A stretch of DNA of 64,000 bases from assembly GCF_009914755.1 (NCBI RefSeq), contig NC_060942.1; one strand, given 5' to 3'. The notes beneath the pieces were generated by a model. It worked only from the letters and a program-made list of their open reading frames with translations, ran no database searches and was not told where the DNA came from. This stretch comes from the human T2T-CHM13v2.0 reference genome, Homo sapiens. Shown piece by piece: positions 40,950 to 53,469 of the stretch (within the stretch, counting starts at the first letter, position 1; each line of letters begins with the position of its first letter). Position numbers and translations under genes: made by a program.

Positions 40950-41308
40950 TCTTCTTTAATTTTTTTATTTTTAATTTTTGTAGGTACATAGTAAATATAT
41001 ATATATGTATGTATATATATATGTATGTATATATATATGTATGTGTGTGTGTATATATATATATATGCTTATGGGGTACATGAGATGTTTTGATATACGT
41101 ATGCAACGTGAAATAATCACATTATGGAGAATGGGGTATCCATCCCCTCAAGTGTTTATCCTTTGTGTTATAAGCACTCCAGTTACACTCTTATTTTTAA
41201 ATGTACAATTAAGTTATTATTGACTATAGTCACTGTATTATGTTATCAAATAGTAGGTCTTATTCATTCTTTCTATTTTTTGTACCCTTTATCCATCCCC
41301 ATCTCCTC
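40950..41308 (-). mobile_element. L1MA2-like 3' end with internal (TA/TG) expansion
   Basis: ttatggggtacatgagatgttttgata...atggagaatggggtatccatcccctcaag. Confidence 0.9.
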
Positions 41309-41340
41309 TTTCTGTGAATATTTTAAGAGCAGATTCTTAA

Positions 41341-41454
41341 CCCATTTATGCCTGAGGTTGAAATTTTTTGAATTTTTGCAATCAGACCATGAGCAGTAAG
41401 ATATAAATAACTCCCACATGCTTAGCGTTCCAATAATGCAACACTAGGCATAAA
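41341..41454 (-). mobile_element. MER85 non-autonomous piggyBac MITE (PGBD3 family)
   Basis: ttaa (41337-41340) then TIR cccatttatgcct-gaggttg...atataaataactcccacatgcttagcgttccaataatgcaacactaggcataaa. Confidence 0.9.
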
Positions 41455-41901
41455 AATCAATTCTATGAGATTCTAACTTTCCCTTTCTTCCCTTAAATTA
41501 TACCTTTTCTACTCATGAAAATGATTTCATTCGTATCCAAACAATTGGTTATTTGGACTTTATTAAAACCAATGAACACGAGTTCTTAGTTTCAGTTTCT
41601 ATTTATATTTCTATTTATAGAAATTTATATTTCTACTACTATGTAAATGACAAAAATGTCCAACTTTAAGGACGTAACATTTTTGTCATATATTTTCTTG
41701 TAAGGATCCTTTACATTTAAATCTACAGTCAACTTGGAATTAATGAGATGCTTTTTAACTAAAATCATTAATTTTATAACTGAGGTTCAAACTAAAATAT
41801 TATTTATAGTAATAAAATTCCTTTCTGACAATTTCTATTGTAAAATATCAAACATTCTATTTCCTTGTAACATTGTGGCTCCAGGCTCTGTGTTTGTCCA
41901 G

Positions 41902-41999
41902 TTTTCTCACATTCTGAAAGCCCCTGTCCAAAGGTGCTAAAGGAATCAGGCACAGGGCACACGGAGAAACTGCATGCATTCTGGTGTCTTGGAGCTCAG
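41902..41999 (+). other. Candidate exon ending in a perfect donor
   Basis: cag|gtgagt at 41999/42000; acceptor tgtgtttgtccag| at 41901 (alternatives at 41884 and 41920). Confidence 0.3.
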
Positions 42000-42032
42000 G
42001 TGAGTGTCAGGAAATAAGTAAAAGGCTTTCAC

Positions 42033-42166
42033 ATTTTTGTGTATTTAGTAGAGACTGGGTTTCACCATGTTGGCCAGGCTGGTCTCTAACTCCTGACTTC
42101 AGGTGATCTGCCTGCCTTGGCCTGCCAAAGTGCTGGGATTACAGGCGTGAGCCACTGTGGCCAGCC
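42033..42166 (-). mobile_element. AluS left monomer only
   Basis: atttttgtgtatttagtagagac...gacttcaggtgatctgcc...gagccactgtggccagcc; no right arm. Confidence 0.9.
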
Positions 42167-42991
42167 TAATGGTGGACTCTTTCTTCCTTTATATACCACT
42201 AAGTTATCCTGGCTCATAGTCTTTATCGTATACATTTTATGACTTTAATACTATTTTGAGGATCATTTGAATATACTTTTATAAGCTTTTGACAGAGCAG
42301 TCAATACCAATATATCATGCAGATATCCATAATTATGGAATTAAAGAAGAAGATTTTTATTTCAGATTTGGGATAAAAATGTTACAAAAATACCTTAGAA
42401 TAGTGAAGACTAAGTACCATTTTATAGATACTAGCTTTTCTGTTTCTTCAAAATTGAATCATGAATTTTTAACATCATGGACAAAGCCATATCAATTTAT
42501 GGCCTAAAGCATGCATAAAAGATAAGTAAAAATTATGCCGGCTTTTCATATTAAAAAGTCTGTATTTCGCAGTCTCCACACAGGTATTTTTTTTCTTGTT
42601 TTATGTATGATTTAATTTAAATGGCAAAGTGAAACTTTTTAGATGCTTGTTTTTTCCTCACACTTCATGAAAGCAGCATTCTCTTTCATCCGTCATTTCA
42701 CTGGAGTTGTTTGTTTGCTTTTTAGTATATAGTTGGCATGTGTGCACCCTCCCTTCAGAGGGATGTCGGTAACATTTTTCAAAGGAGACAAAGAATGCTT
42801 TTTTTTTTTTAAAAAAAAGATATTGCTCATAGAGAAGGTACATCTGAATTATTGATAGGTTCACTCATTCAAGAGTTGGCCAGGGCGACTGTGGTTCCAG
42901 CCTCCGCTGGGTCCTGCCTCGTCCTCCACTGCCAGTTGTTCTCCATCCTGCCAGAAATGCCAGCCTTGTTCTTTGCTCCTTTTTCCTGCAG

Positions 42992-43083
42992 GGCAATTTT
43001 TGGAAGCTTGCCTGCTTACTGACACAAAACAATAATCCAAACAGAGGACAAAATCCAGTGGAAATTTTTCACGAAGGGGTCTG
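42992..43083 (+). other. Candidate exon (92 bp)
   Basis: Acceptor ccttgttctttgctcctttttcctgcag| (AG 42990-42991) and donor ctg|gtaagg; unique, locally GC-richer sequence. Confidence 0.4.
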
Positions 43084-45554
43084 GTAAGGGATTAATACTA
43101 ACTGCAGGGATGACATGGAGAGAGTAAAACAAAGCTTCTCTTAATAAGTAGTCACAAAAATGGCTGCAGAACCTTTCTCAGAATTCTTTTCCTAAGATAT
43201 ACGAATTAATGAAATCATTGAGTCATTGTACTATAAGTTCTGTTTTTGAGATTTGTTGTTGTTGTTGTTTATTTTTTCATTCTCTACCAGGAAGTTAAGT
43301 AAAATATTTATAAAGGCAGAGAGAGGAAGAGAGACACAGAGTGGCAGCAGTGATTTTGGTCTTTTGATGAAAAACATCAGCTACAGCATGCAACAGGATT
43401 TCCTGTAGTTGATGTTTCACTATGTCAGTAGATAGGTACACAGCCTTATTAAAAAATATTTTTAATGGAAAGTATTTCCTGAGATTTTGGTCTATTTTTG
43501 ACTCATGGATGAGGCTGAAGGTTGGGAGAGGTTAAAATGCTCTTTGTCAGCTTTTATTTTCCCAAATGCTCATTGTCATCAAGTTTGTATATTTTCCTCT
43601 GGAATGCTGGAGAAAGTGGGAGGGCATCATACCTCTGTGTCAAAGAGTGGTGATACAATGACAAAGATTCTTTCTTTTCTCTGATCTTATGAGGCCGAGG
43701 GAAAGAAAAATATGCCACAACTAATGATTGTGAGGTACAGTAAAATTTAATTTAATCTCACTGTATTTTCAAAAGTGCATAGAAATGTTTAACCATCTCT
43801 ATTACCGTGAAACTAATCAAATGATAACCACCATCTTCATTTGTTTTCCTATGATTATCTTCTCCTTACCTATCTGAAATAACGTATCTTCAGTAAATAT
43901 GAGTATGCTTTTAAAATTTTGTTGCATATGATTTGCTATTATTTTCTTTAGGATCTATGTGTCAAAGTTAATATACAACACTGGTAAGATTCAGCCTTTT
44001 CAAGGAACTCCAATTTTGTAAATTGTCAGTTGAGCATAAAAAATATTAAACTGTAGTTTGTAAAATGTGTGATAAAGTGCGTAGAGGTAAAATGTGAATA
44101 CTTCAAAAATAAGGGATTATTGCATGAATAGAGAATTTGATAGATACATATGCAATAAACAAAGGAGAATAAAGTGCTAATTGTAGAAATTAGTTGTGTA
44201 AATCAGTATTCACTATATACTTCTTTAATATTTTGTTACAATGTCTTCATAATGAAATGTAAGAAATACTTATATTGTCTACTGAATAATGACATATTAC
44301 CTTGTCATAGATATTTAGACATGGGACACTGAATAAATTGTATTAAATTGTCATAAATGAGGCACTTACTATAACCTTCTTTAGTAATATTTCAGCTAAC
44401 AACTGAGGGCCCAGGAAGATTGTAGATTTTTTTAATGACCACGTCAGAGGTGAAAAAACAGCCCATTTTATGTGGAGAATTTTTAACCCCAAGCAACTTC
44501 ACTCTGTGAATAGAAAATAGAAATAGAAAAACTTAATCATGTGGCATTCACCATTCTGAGAAAACTTCCTGAGGGGATTTTGAAGTAATATACTTGCCTG
44601 GGGACTTGGGTACTCTGATTCATAAAAATCTTCCCTAGATTTCTGGTCCCAGCCTAGTTTGGACAAACTCTCATCCATAAAAGATAAAGCTTTGACTGCA
44701 TGGAATTTTAAACTATTATAACTTTAATTGCCTGTGATTTCCAAGGAATTTACAAATAAAAATGTGGAAAATGTATATTCTGGTATCCAAAACAAGGTTT
44801 AATTAGGAAATCTTAAATTTCTAAAATGTGCTTTGATATTTATATGTTTGAGTATCTCATACACACACAATAATTTACAAAAATATGTAAAATGATTATC
44901 CCAAAAGTCAGTGAACACAGTGACCAGCTTTAAGGCAATTATCATGAATTTAAAAAAAGTTTCCAAGCCGTGTTCTGTGAATATATAAACTATCTTTCTG
45001 ATGGGCAATGTAGTGGCAATGGTATGGCCTCTGTGCAATCTTGCAGAATGCTGAAAAGAAATATGTTGGCTTTAGGAGTTCTTTGTGTTGTGAGATACCC
45101 ACCAACAAGGTGCATTGCCATTGCTAGGGGCTTTCAAGAGAAATGTCACTCCTCACAGCAAGTGATGAGATTTGACATATGGCATCAAAGCATCATTAAA
45201 ACTACACCTGCTGCAGAAGAGGCTGTGTCTTTCAAGAGATTCTCAAGCAGAAAAGGTTACGTTGAAAATCCAAAAGGCTAAGACTTATTTCTTTTCTTTG
45301 CAGACAATTAAATGCTCTAAAGAAAAAAGTAAATTGCACAAAATTATGTAATGAAAAATGCTACTTTTACAACATATTGTTAATTTTTTTTTACATATTT
45401 GTGGTGCTCAGGGTTTTATTTCCATACACGTATACAATGTGTAATGATAAAATCGAGATAATTAGCATATTCATCACCTGAAACATTTATCATTTCTCTG
45501 TGTTGGGAGCATTTAGAATACTCTCTTCCAGCTATTTGAAAATGTAAAATACAG

Positions 45555-46679
45555 TTTAAAAGCTTCTGTACAGCAAAGGAAACAACAAAGTGAAGAGACA
45601 ATCCACAAAATGGGAAATAATATTTACAAACTACCCATCTGAGAAGGGATTGATAATCAGAATATATAAGGAGCTCAAACGATACTATAGAAAAAAAACT
45701 GAACCATGCAATTAAAAATTGGACAAAAGATTTTAATAGACATAGAATCTCAAAAGAAGACATACAAATGGCAAACAGGCAAATGAAAATGTGCTAAACA
45801 TCCTTGATCATCAGAGAAATGCAAATCAAGATTACAATGACATATCATCTCACCTTGGTTTAAATGGCTTTTATCCAAAAGATAGACAATAACAAATGCT
45901 GATGATATGGAACCTACGACAACCACTGTGGAGAACAGTTTGGAAGTTCCTCAAAAAACTAAATATTGAGCTAATATATGATCCAGCAATCTCACAGCTG
46001 GGTATACACTCAAAGGAAATCAGTATATTGAAGAGATACATGCACTCACATGTTTGTTGCAGCTCTGTTCACAATAGCCAGAATTTGGAAGCAACCTAAG
46101 TTTCCATCAGCAGATGAATGGATTAAAAAAATGTGGTACCTATACACAATGGAGTGCTACTCACCATAAAAAGAATGAGATTCAGTCATTTGCAACAACA
46201 TGGATGAACTGGAGGTCATTATATTAAGTGAAATAAGCCAGACACAGAAAGACAAATATCACAGGTTCTTACTAATTTGTGGGATCTAAAAACCAAAACA
46301 ATTGAACTCATGGAGATTGAGAGTAGAAGAATGGTTACCAGAGGCTGGGCATGATAGTGGTGGAGGTGGGTGGAGGGAAGTAGAGGATGGGTGGGGATGG
46401 TTATGGGTACAAAAGTAGTTAGAGTGAATGAATAAGGCCTAGTATTTGCTAGCACAACAGGGCTACTATAGTCAATAATAATTTAACCGTACATTTAAAA
46501 GTAATTAAGAGAGTATAATTAGATTGTTTGTAACACAAAATATATAAATGCTGGGGAGGGTGAATACCCCATTCTCCATGATGTGATTATTTCTCATTGC
46601 ATGTCTGTATCAAACCATCTCACATACCGCATAAATATATGCACTTCCTGTGTACCCACAAAAAATAAAATTGAAGAAA
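45555..46679 (+). mobile_element. L1MA1/2-like 5'-truncated LINE-1
   Basis: aaaagcttctgtacagcaaaggaaacaa...ccccattctccatgatgtgattatt...tgtacccacaaaaaataaaa; diverged TSD gaaaatgtaaaata (45538-45551) / gaaaatttacaata (46680-46693). Confidence 0.92.
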
Positions 46680-47051
46680 GAAAATTTACAATAAATTGTT
46701 AACTGTATTCACCATAGTTCTATAGGAGACTGGAATTTATTCTTCATAGCTAGCTGTAACTTTGTATCCATTACCTAACCTCTCCATATTCTTGTGCCCC
46801 TCTTTCCAGTTTATAATAACCACAATTCTACTCTCTACTTCCATGAGCTCAACATTTTCTGTTCCACCATATAAGCGGGAACATACAGCATTTATTTTTC
46901 TGTGCTTGACTTAATTCACTTAACGTAATGTTTTCTGGCTCATTTATGTTTCCCCAAATGACAGGATTTCATTATTTATGAGAGAATAGTATTTAACACT
47001 GTGTACATACCACATTTTCTTTATCCATTCATCTGTTGATGGATAGTTTGA

Positions 47052-47432
<381 letters not shown>

Positions 47433-47729
47433 ATGAATTCCTCTCCTCTGGATATATACCCCATAGTGGGAGAAATCCAGCATACTTATTTTTTTTTAGC
47501 TTTATGAATGTTATGTTTTCTTTTCATCACTAGAACATGCAGTAAAACCTCATATGACTTATTCCCAACTATTGATTTCTGTGAGAAAGATGTCATTTTG
47601 AAATAGCATTCAAGGGCCTGAAAATGTCTGGTTATGCTATTTGGGCAAAATCTACATTTTCTACATTTTAAGAGCTTTTAACCGGTGTTCCATATCATGC
47701 TTCCAATTATGGAAAAGAAGGCAGTATAA

Positions 47730-47930
47730 TATATTGATCATTAATGATATGACAATGGTTTACATGTTTTATCTTCTATTAACCTCCTACCTAGTAATGT
47801 ATATAGATAAAGAAACTATGTCAGAGTGGTTAAATAATTTATCCAGTCTCACACACCTAAAGGGGTAGAGATGGAACTTATGTCCAGGTTTGCCAGATGC
47901 ACAGAGCTTATTCTTGCTACTGTATGCTAT
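47730..47930 (-). mobile_element. MIR
   Basis: atagataaagaaactatgtcagagtggttaaataatttatccagtctcacacacctaa. Confidence 0.7.
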
Positions 47931-48471
47931 GTTATCTAGCTTGTTCAAGATTAGACTATGTGTATTAGATAAAGGAAATCGTTTGTCTTTAAGCTTAAAT
48001 ATCTTAAAGTGAAGTTTGCAGGATAAGGCATGTTCAAAAAAAGAAAAAGAAACAATTTAGTATCTGTTATGCATTATATAACTAGCACTGACAGTATGCA
48101 CTGCCTCCGTCAAATGGAGAGATAGCACAAGAATGGGTTACTCAGGAAAGGCTCTTAGGGGAAGGTACTTGATATAGGTTAGAAGAATTGAAAAGATTTA
48201 AGTGAAAAGCTCACAGGACACAGTAGTAATGGAAATACTGTGAGCAACAAACACAGACATTTTCGCCTTCGATAGAAGCAGTTAACTGAGCTCCTGAGAT
48301 GGCTTCTGTCTATGCTAACTATAGACAAAATTATACTTAATCTTTCTCTATGTTGCCAGCGTGACAGATTATCATTATATCAACCTCTCTGCGTGGAGAA
48401 AACACGTAATTTACAGAAACAATAAATAGGTTCATAGTAAAATTGTTATGTCATTACCAAGCTTTCACCAT

Positions 48472-48873
48472 TGTTAGCTGTGCTTTGACTGTGACTGCTC
48501 CAAAATTCAGGTGTTGCCAATGTAATTGTATTAAGAGGCGGGGCGTTTAAGAGGTGACTAGGCTAAGAGAGCTCCTTCCCTTGTGAATGGAATGGAGGTC
48601 TCTATGAAAGAGGCTTTATACAATGTTAGACTAGTTTGCCTCTCTGCCACCTGTCATGTGAGGACCCAGTGCTCCTTCTGCCAGGGGAGGATGCATTGTT
48701 AAACGTGGCACCTTGGAAGCAGAGAAGAGGTCCTTACCCAGCAACTGAACCTGCCATGCTCTTGATTTTGGACTTGACAGTCTCCAGAACTGAGATAAAT
48801 AGATTTATGTTTTTTTTATAAATTTACCCAGTCTATGGTATTTCTGCTACAGCAGCATAAATAGACATAGGCA
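48472..48873 (+). mobile_element. MaLR solo LTR, MSTC/MSTD-like
   Basis: ccaaaattcaggtgttgccaatg...gtattaagaggcggggcgtttaagaggtgactaggc...ccagaactgagataaatagattt...cagcagcataaatagacataggca. Confidence 0.85.
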
Positions 48874-49174
48874 GTTAGAAAATACGTGTATCAGTAAGGG
48901 AAAATGCATTTTCTACAAACAAAAAGTAACATAATTGTTCCATGTGAAATCAAGTTTAAATTTTCTACATCTTAGGAAGAATGAAGGATGCCTTTTAAAA
49001 TATGGCCAAAATTGTAAGTGGCAGACTATGAAGAGAAAAGGTAAATTGAAATATCAACTCAATTGAAAAGCATACCCCAAATTCTATACTTCAGAGCATA
49101 TATGGAGAAAATACTATCATCGGTTCATTGAAAGTAGGGTTATTTGAGGACACACACAGTTTCAATTTACTCTG

Positions 49175-49840
49175 TATTCCATCATTTAAACATATGTCTG
49201 GAGTGTTTACTACGTGCAGATAATATGCTAAGTACTAGACACAAAATGATGAGTGAAAATAGACACATTCCCTGATCACTACATGCAAATGTAGGTGGAT
49301 GACAGAAATGAAATGTTAAAATCTTGCAAGCAAATCCAAAATTTAAAACTGTGAAAAGTTTTTGGAAGCATTGCCAAAGAAAGCCAGAGGAACCTGATTT
49401 AGTGTGGGTCAGATTGGATTTAAATTAAAATTCAAGAGAGATGATACTGAAGAGACAGAACACATGAAGACACTGATTTATGATAAAGAAATGGACATTT
49501 AAAGAAATTGAAGAGAATCTTTGTGGGAGCCGAAGAGGTGATAGGGAGAGGGAAGCATTTTCCAGCTCCAGAGGCCAGTGGGGCCAGGTCATACGCTTCA
49601 TCAGACAGGTTAAAAATGATGTAATTACATTGACATAATAGACGGCTTTTGAATAGATGGTTAATATCATCAGATTTTGCTTTTGTTTATTTATATTTTT
49701 TTAAAGCAGTCACTCTGGCTCAAGTATGGAGAATGGACTGGAGGGTGGCAGAAGGCTAATTGTGGCACAGATGGTGAGACCTAAGGGCTGATTGGGGTGA
49801 AGGGAATGGTGGATAAGCAGAAGGTATGGGTTCAAGAGAT
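49175..49840 (-). mobile_element. L2a
   Basis: ttccatcatttaaacatatgtctggagtgtttactacgtgcaga...ttaaagcagtcactctggct...ggagaatggactggaggg. Confidence 0.8.
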
Positions 49841-50236
49841 AAACCCAAGAGCTTCTCGTTTCTGGGAAAAAGGCAAAGAGCAGACACTTCTACCTCCCTC
49901 TCTCAGGGAGAGGGAAGGACAGGACCTGAGAGAGCAAATGTGGAAACCCTGGGGAGGTAAGGGTGAGTAGGCCCTGAGGGAAGAAGGCAGCTTGGGGTAG
50001 AGAAGGGTCCTTACTCTGGGTGTGGAGGGCTTTGAGGAGAGTACTTGCTCAGGTAGTGTTTCTGTTTCTTCTCCTCCACAGTAACTAGTTGGAACTTTGT
50101 TCAATCACCAATGAGAAGAGAAAAGAGCAGAATGCATACCCGTGAGGGCCCCAGTGCCTGCAACAGACATAGTAGCAATGAAGGGAGGCAGAGGCCCTTC
50201 ACAGCTTCCTCCTGTCTCCTGACAGGCCAGGAGATT

Positions 50237-50293
50237 GAGCCAGCAAGGAAATATAGAGCCAGCAAGGAAATGTAGAGCCAGCAAGGAAAGTAA
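50237..50293. repeat. 19-bp minisatellite, 3 copies
   Basis: gagccagcaaggaaatata / gagccagcaaggaaatgta / gagccagcaaggaaagtaa. Confidence 0.92.
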
Positions 50294-50559
50294 AGGACAC
50301 GAAAGGTCAGTGCCTAGGACAACGCAAGAAGGAAGGAGAGCTTTTTCTAGTTCCGGTATTCCCTTTGACTGAAATCAAGAACCATCAAATTCAGGCTGTG
50401 GCACCATAAGGGCCACTGCCTGAAACACCAGTGCTATGCCTTTAATTCGTAAAGATTGACAAAGTGAGGCATTGAGATTTGTCCTTCCCCATCTCCCCAT
50501 TCCCTGTCACCACCCTCGTGAATATGTAAATAAGTAACATGGCTGACTCCTGAAAGGAA

Positions 50560-53065
50560 AAACTACGATCACATATACAAAAAACAAACAAACCCACTAA
50601 AATATGAATATCTTAGCAACGCATTCTAGTATTTAAAAAGTAGACAGTAAATCAAATATTCTATAAAAATCAATAACATATACTAGATTAAAATAAAATA
50701 TGAATTCGTTAATATTTTGAAATAAGCCTTTATTACCTGTGACACAATGTAGGGTATGTTAACAAGAAGTGAATACAAATATTTATATTTTTTTAAAAAG
50801 CCAAATACAAATAGTATGTATTTGTTAAATAATTAAATTGATGTCGTAACAGAAAATATAGAGCCGGAGACTGTGTTTGTGAATGTATCTCACATGTCAT
50901 CAGAGAGAAATAAGTGAAATTATAAAAGAAAAATGTTAAGAGTGATAAAGGCTGGAATTGTGAACATTAGCCATTAGCATCTAAAAACAGGATTTCTTGA
51001 ATTTAAAGAAAATTGTATGGAGGTAACATTTGAAGAAATAATAATTGCCATAATTTGACAAATAGAGACTTCAGAAGCAAAAAGCACAGGGCTCTGTAAA
51101 AAAAAAAAAAAAATAGACAACAACAAATTGAAAAAAAAGAGAAAACTAGCAATAGAAAGATATATTCACAGAGTAGAAAGAATCACATAACCCCAATTTC
51201 TTAGTTCTGAGTCTGGCATTAAGAAGACAGTAAAGTAGTATTTCTAGTAAGTAAGAAAGAATTTTGAAGCCAGATATTCATGCCTAGCCAAATTATATCT
51301 AGAAATGTCAGAATGAAATAATATATTTTCAAGCAAAATCACAGAAAATTTATCCCACCAAGACATGCCTGAAAAATACTCCTGAACAAAAAACTAATGA
51401 GCTCAGTTATCTACTCAAGATCTGAGAAAAAAAGAGATCCAGAACTAGCTAAAAATATAAAGAGATAACTTGAACTATTCTTGAAAATTTTCTGTAAGTT
51501 TTAAATTATATAAAATTTTTTTAAAATCATGTAATGTGAAATAACTGCATGCAAACATTTTAAAAATCTCCCTAAACGGTATAAATGAAATTATAAATAA
51601 ATAAACATGGCTTGGTCATGAATGGGAAAATTTTATGTTTTAAATTTAATTTTTAAATTTAATGCTGTTACTTTCTTTTAAATTAATGTCTGAATGTAAC
51701 GCATTTAAAATATTTTTGGCAGAATATTTTGAAATATTCAATAAAACAATTTAAAAATTGATTTGGAAAGTAAATAATACCAAATGGTCAGTGCTGTTTT
51801 GAAAATAAAGATTAAAATTGGAGACATATAATCACTTACTATAGTATAATAACTAAAATATTTTACACTGATACAGAAGCAGATCTGGAAATTAAATATA
51901 TGACAGAAATGGCACCACAAGACGATAGAGAACAAGCAGCTTGCTGGTAGTTGGTGTTAAAAATGAGACAAAATTTGGAGATCAAGCTGGAAATGTATAC
52001 TACGCTGTATAGATTCCAGGTAGACTGAATTCTGAAAGATGAATAAAATTTTAAACTCTGTAGAAGCTTATTTCTGTGGCTTTGTGGTAGAAAATACCTT
52101 AAAACCTACTAAGATCGAGCAAATATTTTGTATCTATTTCTTCTTTAATAGTAATATTTTTTGTTAAAATGAAGGTGCATTGGATAAATTTCCAGATGGG
52201 AGGTTTTTTATAATGTCTAAAGCTAATAAGAATCTTATTACCTATTACCTAGGAGATTTTAAAAAATGGGGTAAAAGTGCAAATAAAAACTCACAGATGA
52301 GGAACTATACTGTTTGTTGTAATTAGCTTAAAATAAAATATGGTCATTAGAATGACAAAAATTTGAAAGATGGATAAAACTGAATATTGATAAGCATGTG
52401 CAAAAATAGGTATCTTATGCACTGCTAGTAAAAGAATAAAGTAGCACTGATATTTTGTAGGACAATTTTGAGGAACATAGTTAAATTAAATCTGCACATA
52501 CTGTGGCCCACCTATTAAATCCCATCTGGTGTGTTGATCCATGAAGAACTCTTCCACAGATTCAAAATATGTATTATTAGGATGAGCATAAGAATAGTTT
52601 TGGAAGGCAAAGAGTTGCTAGTAACTTACTTGTCCACCACTGGAAAAATGAATAAAACAGTGAGGCAGACACATTCTGAGGAAGCAAGAAACTAGATGTT
52701 CACAGAGAAATATTATGACTTTTCAAAAGGAGGTTCAATTAAAAGAAGAAACGAGATAACAATTATACCTCTAAATGTTATATTGAACTTGCACAAAAAT
52801 TAAGAAATTCCAATATACAAACATTCAAAGGATATGTGCTAAATGCATTAAAATAACTGACAACCATGATGGCAGCCAGCCAATGGAATTAGAGATAAGG
52901 AGAAAAATAAATAAAGCACAACATCTGAGGGACTTTGTATGGGCTAATGATCATAGTATAGCAGGAATTCAGAACCGTATGATTATGTGATATTTAAAAA
53001 GAACAAAAATGCTTCCACGTATTCACAACAAAGCAAAGATTTGCAAAGTTAGAGAAGCAAGGAAA
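50560..53065 (+). mobile_element. Highly diverged L1M/HAL1-like ORF1 and L1ME ORF2/3' fragments
   Basis: ttttgaagccagatattcatgcctagccaaattat; aactaatgagctcagttatctactcaaga; tagattccaggtagactgaattctgaaa. Confidence 0.5.
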
Positions 53066-53072
53066 AGAGACA

Positions 53073-53469
<397 letters not shown>

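Noticed and set aside
41611-41620. Perfect MEF2-type word ctatttatag within a small palindrome
   Set aside because: Lies in a low-complexity AT tandem where such words are expected by chance
44560-44680. Possible MER5-type DNA transposon fragment; similar hint near 10620-10670
   Set aside because: Too diverged to call by eye
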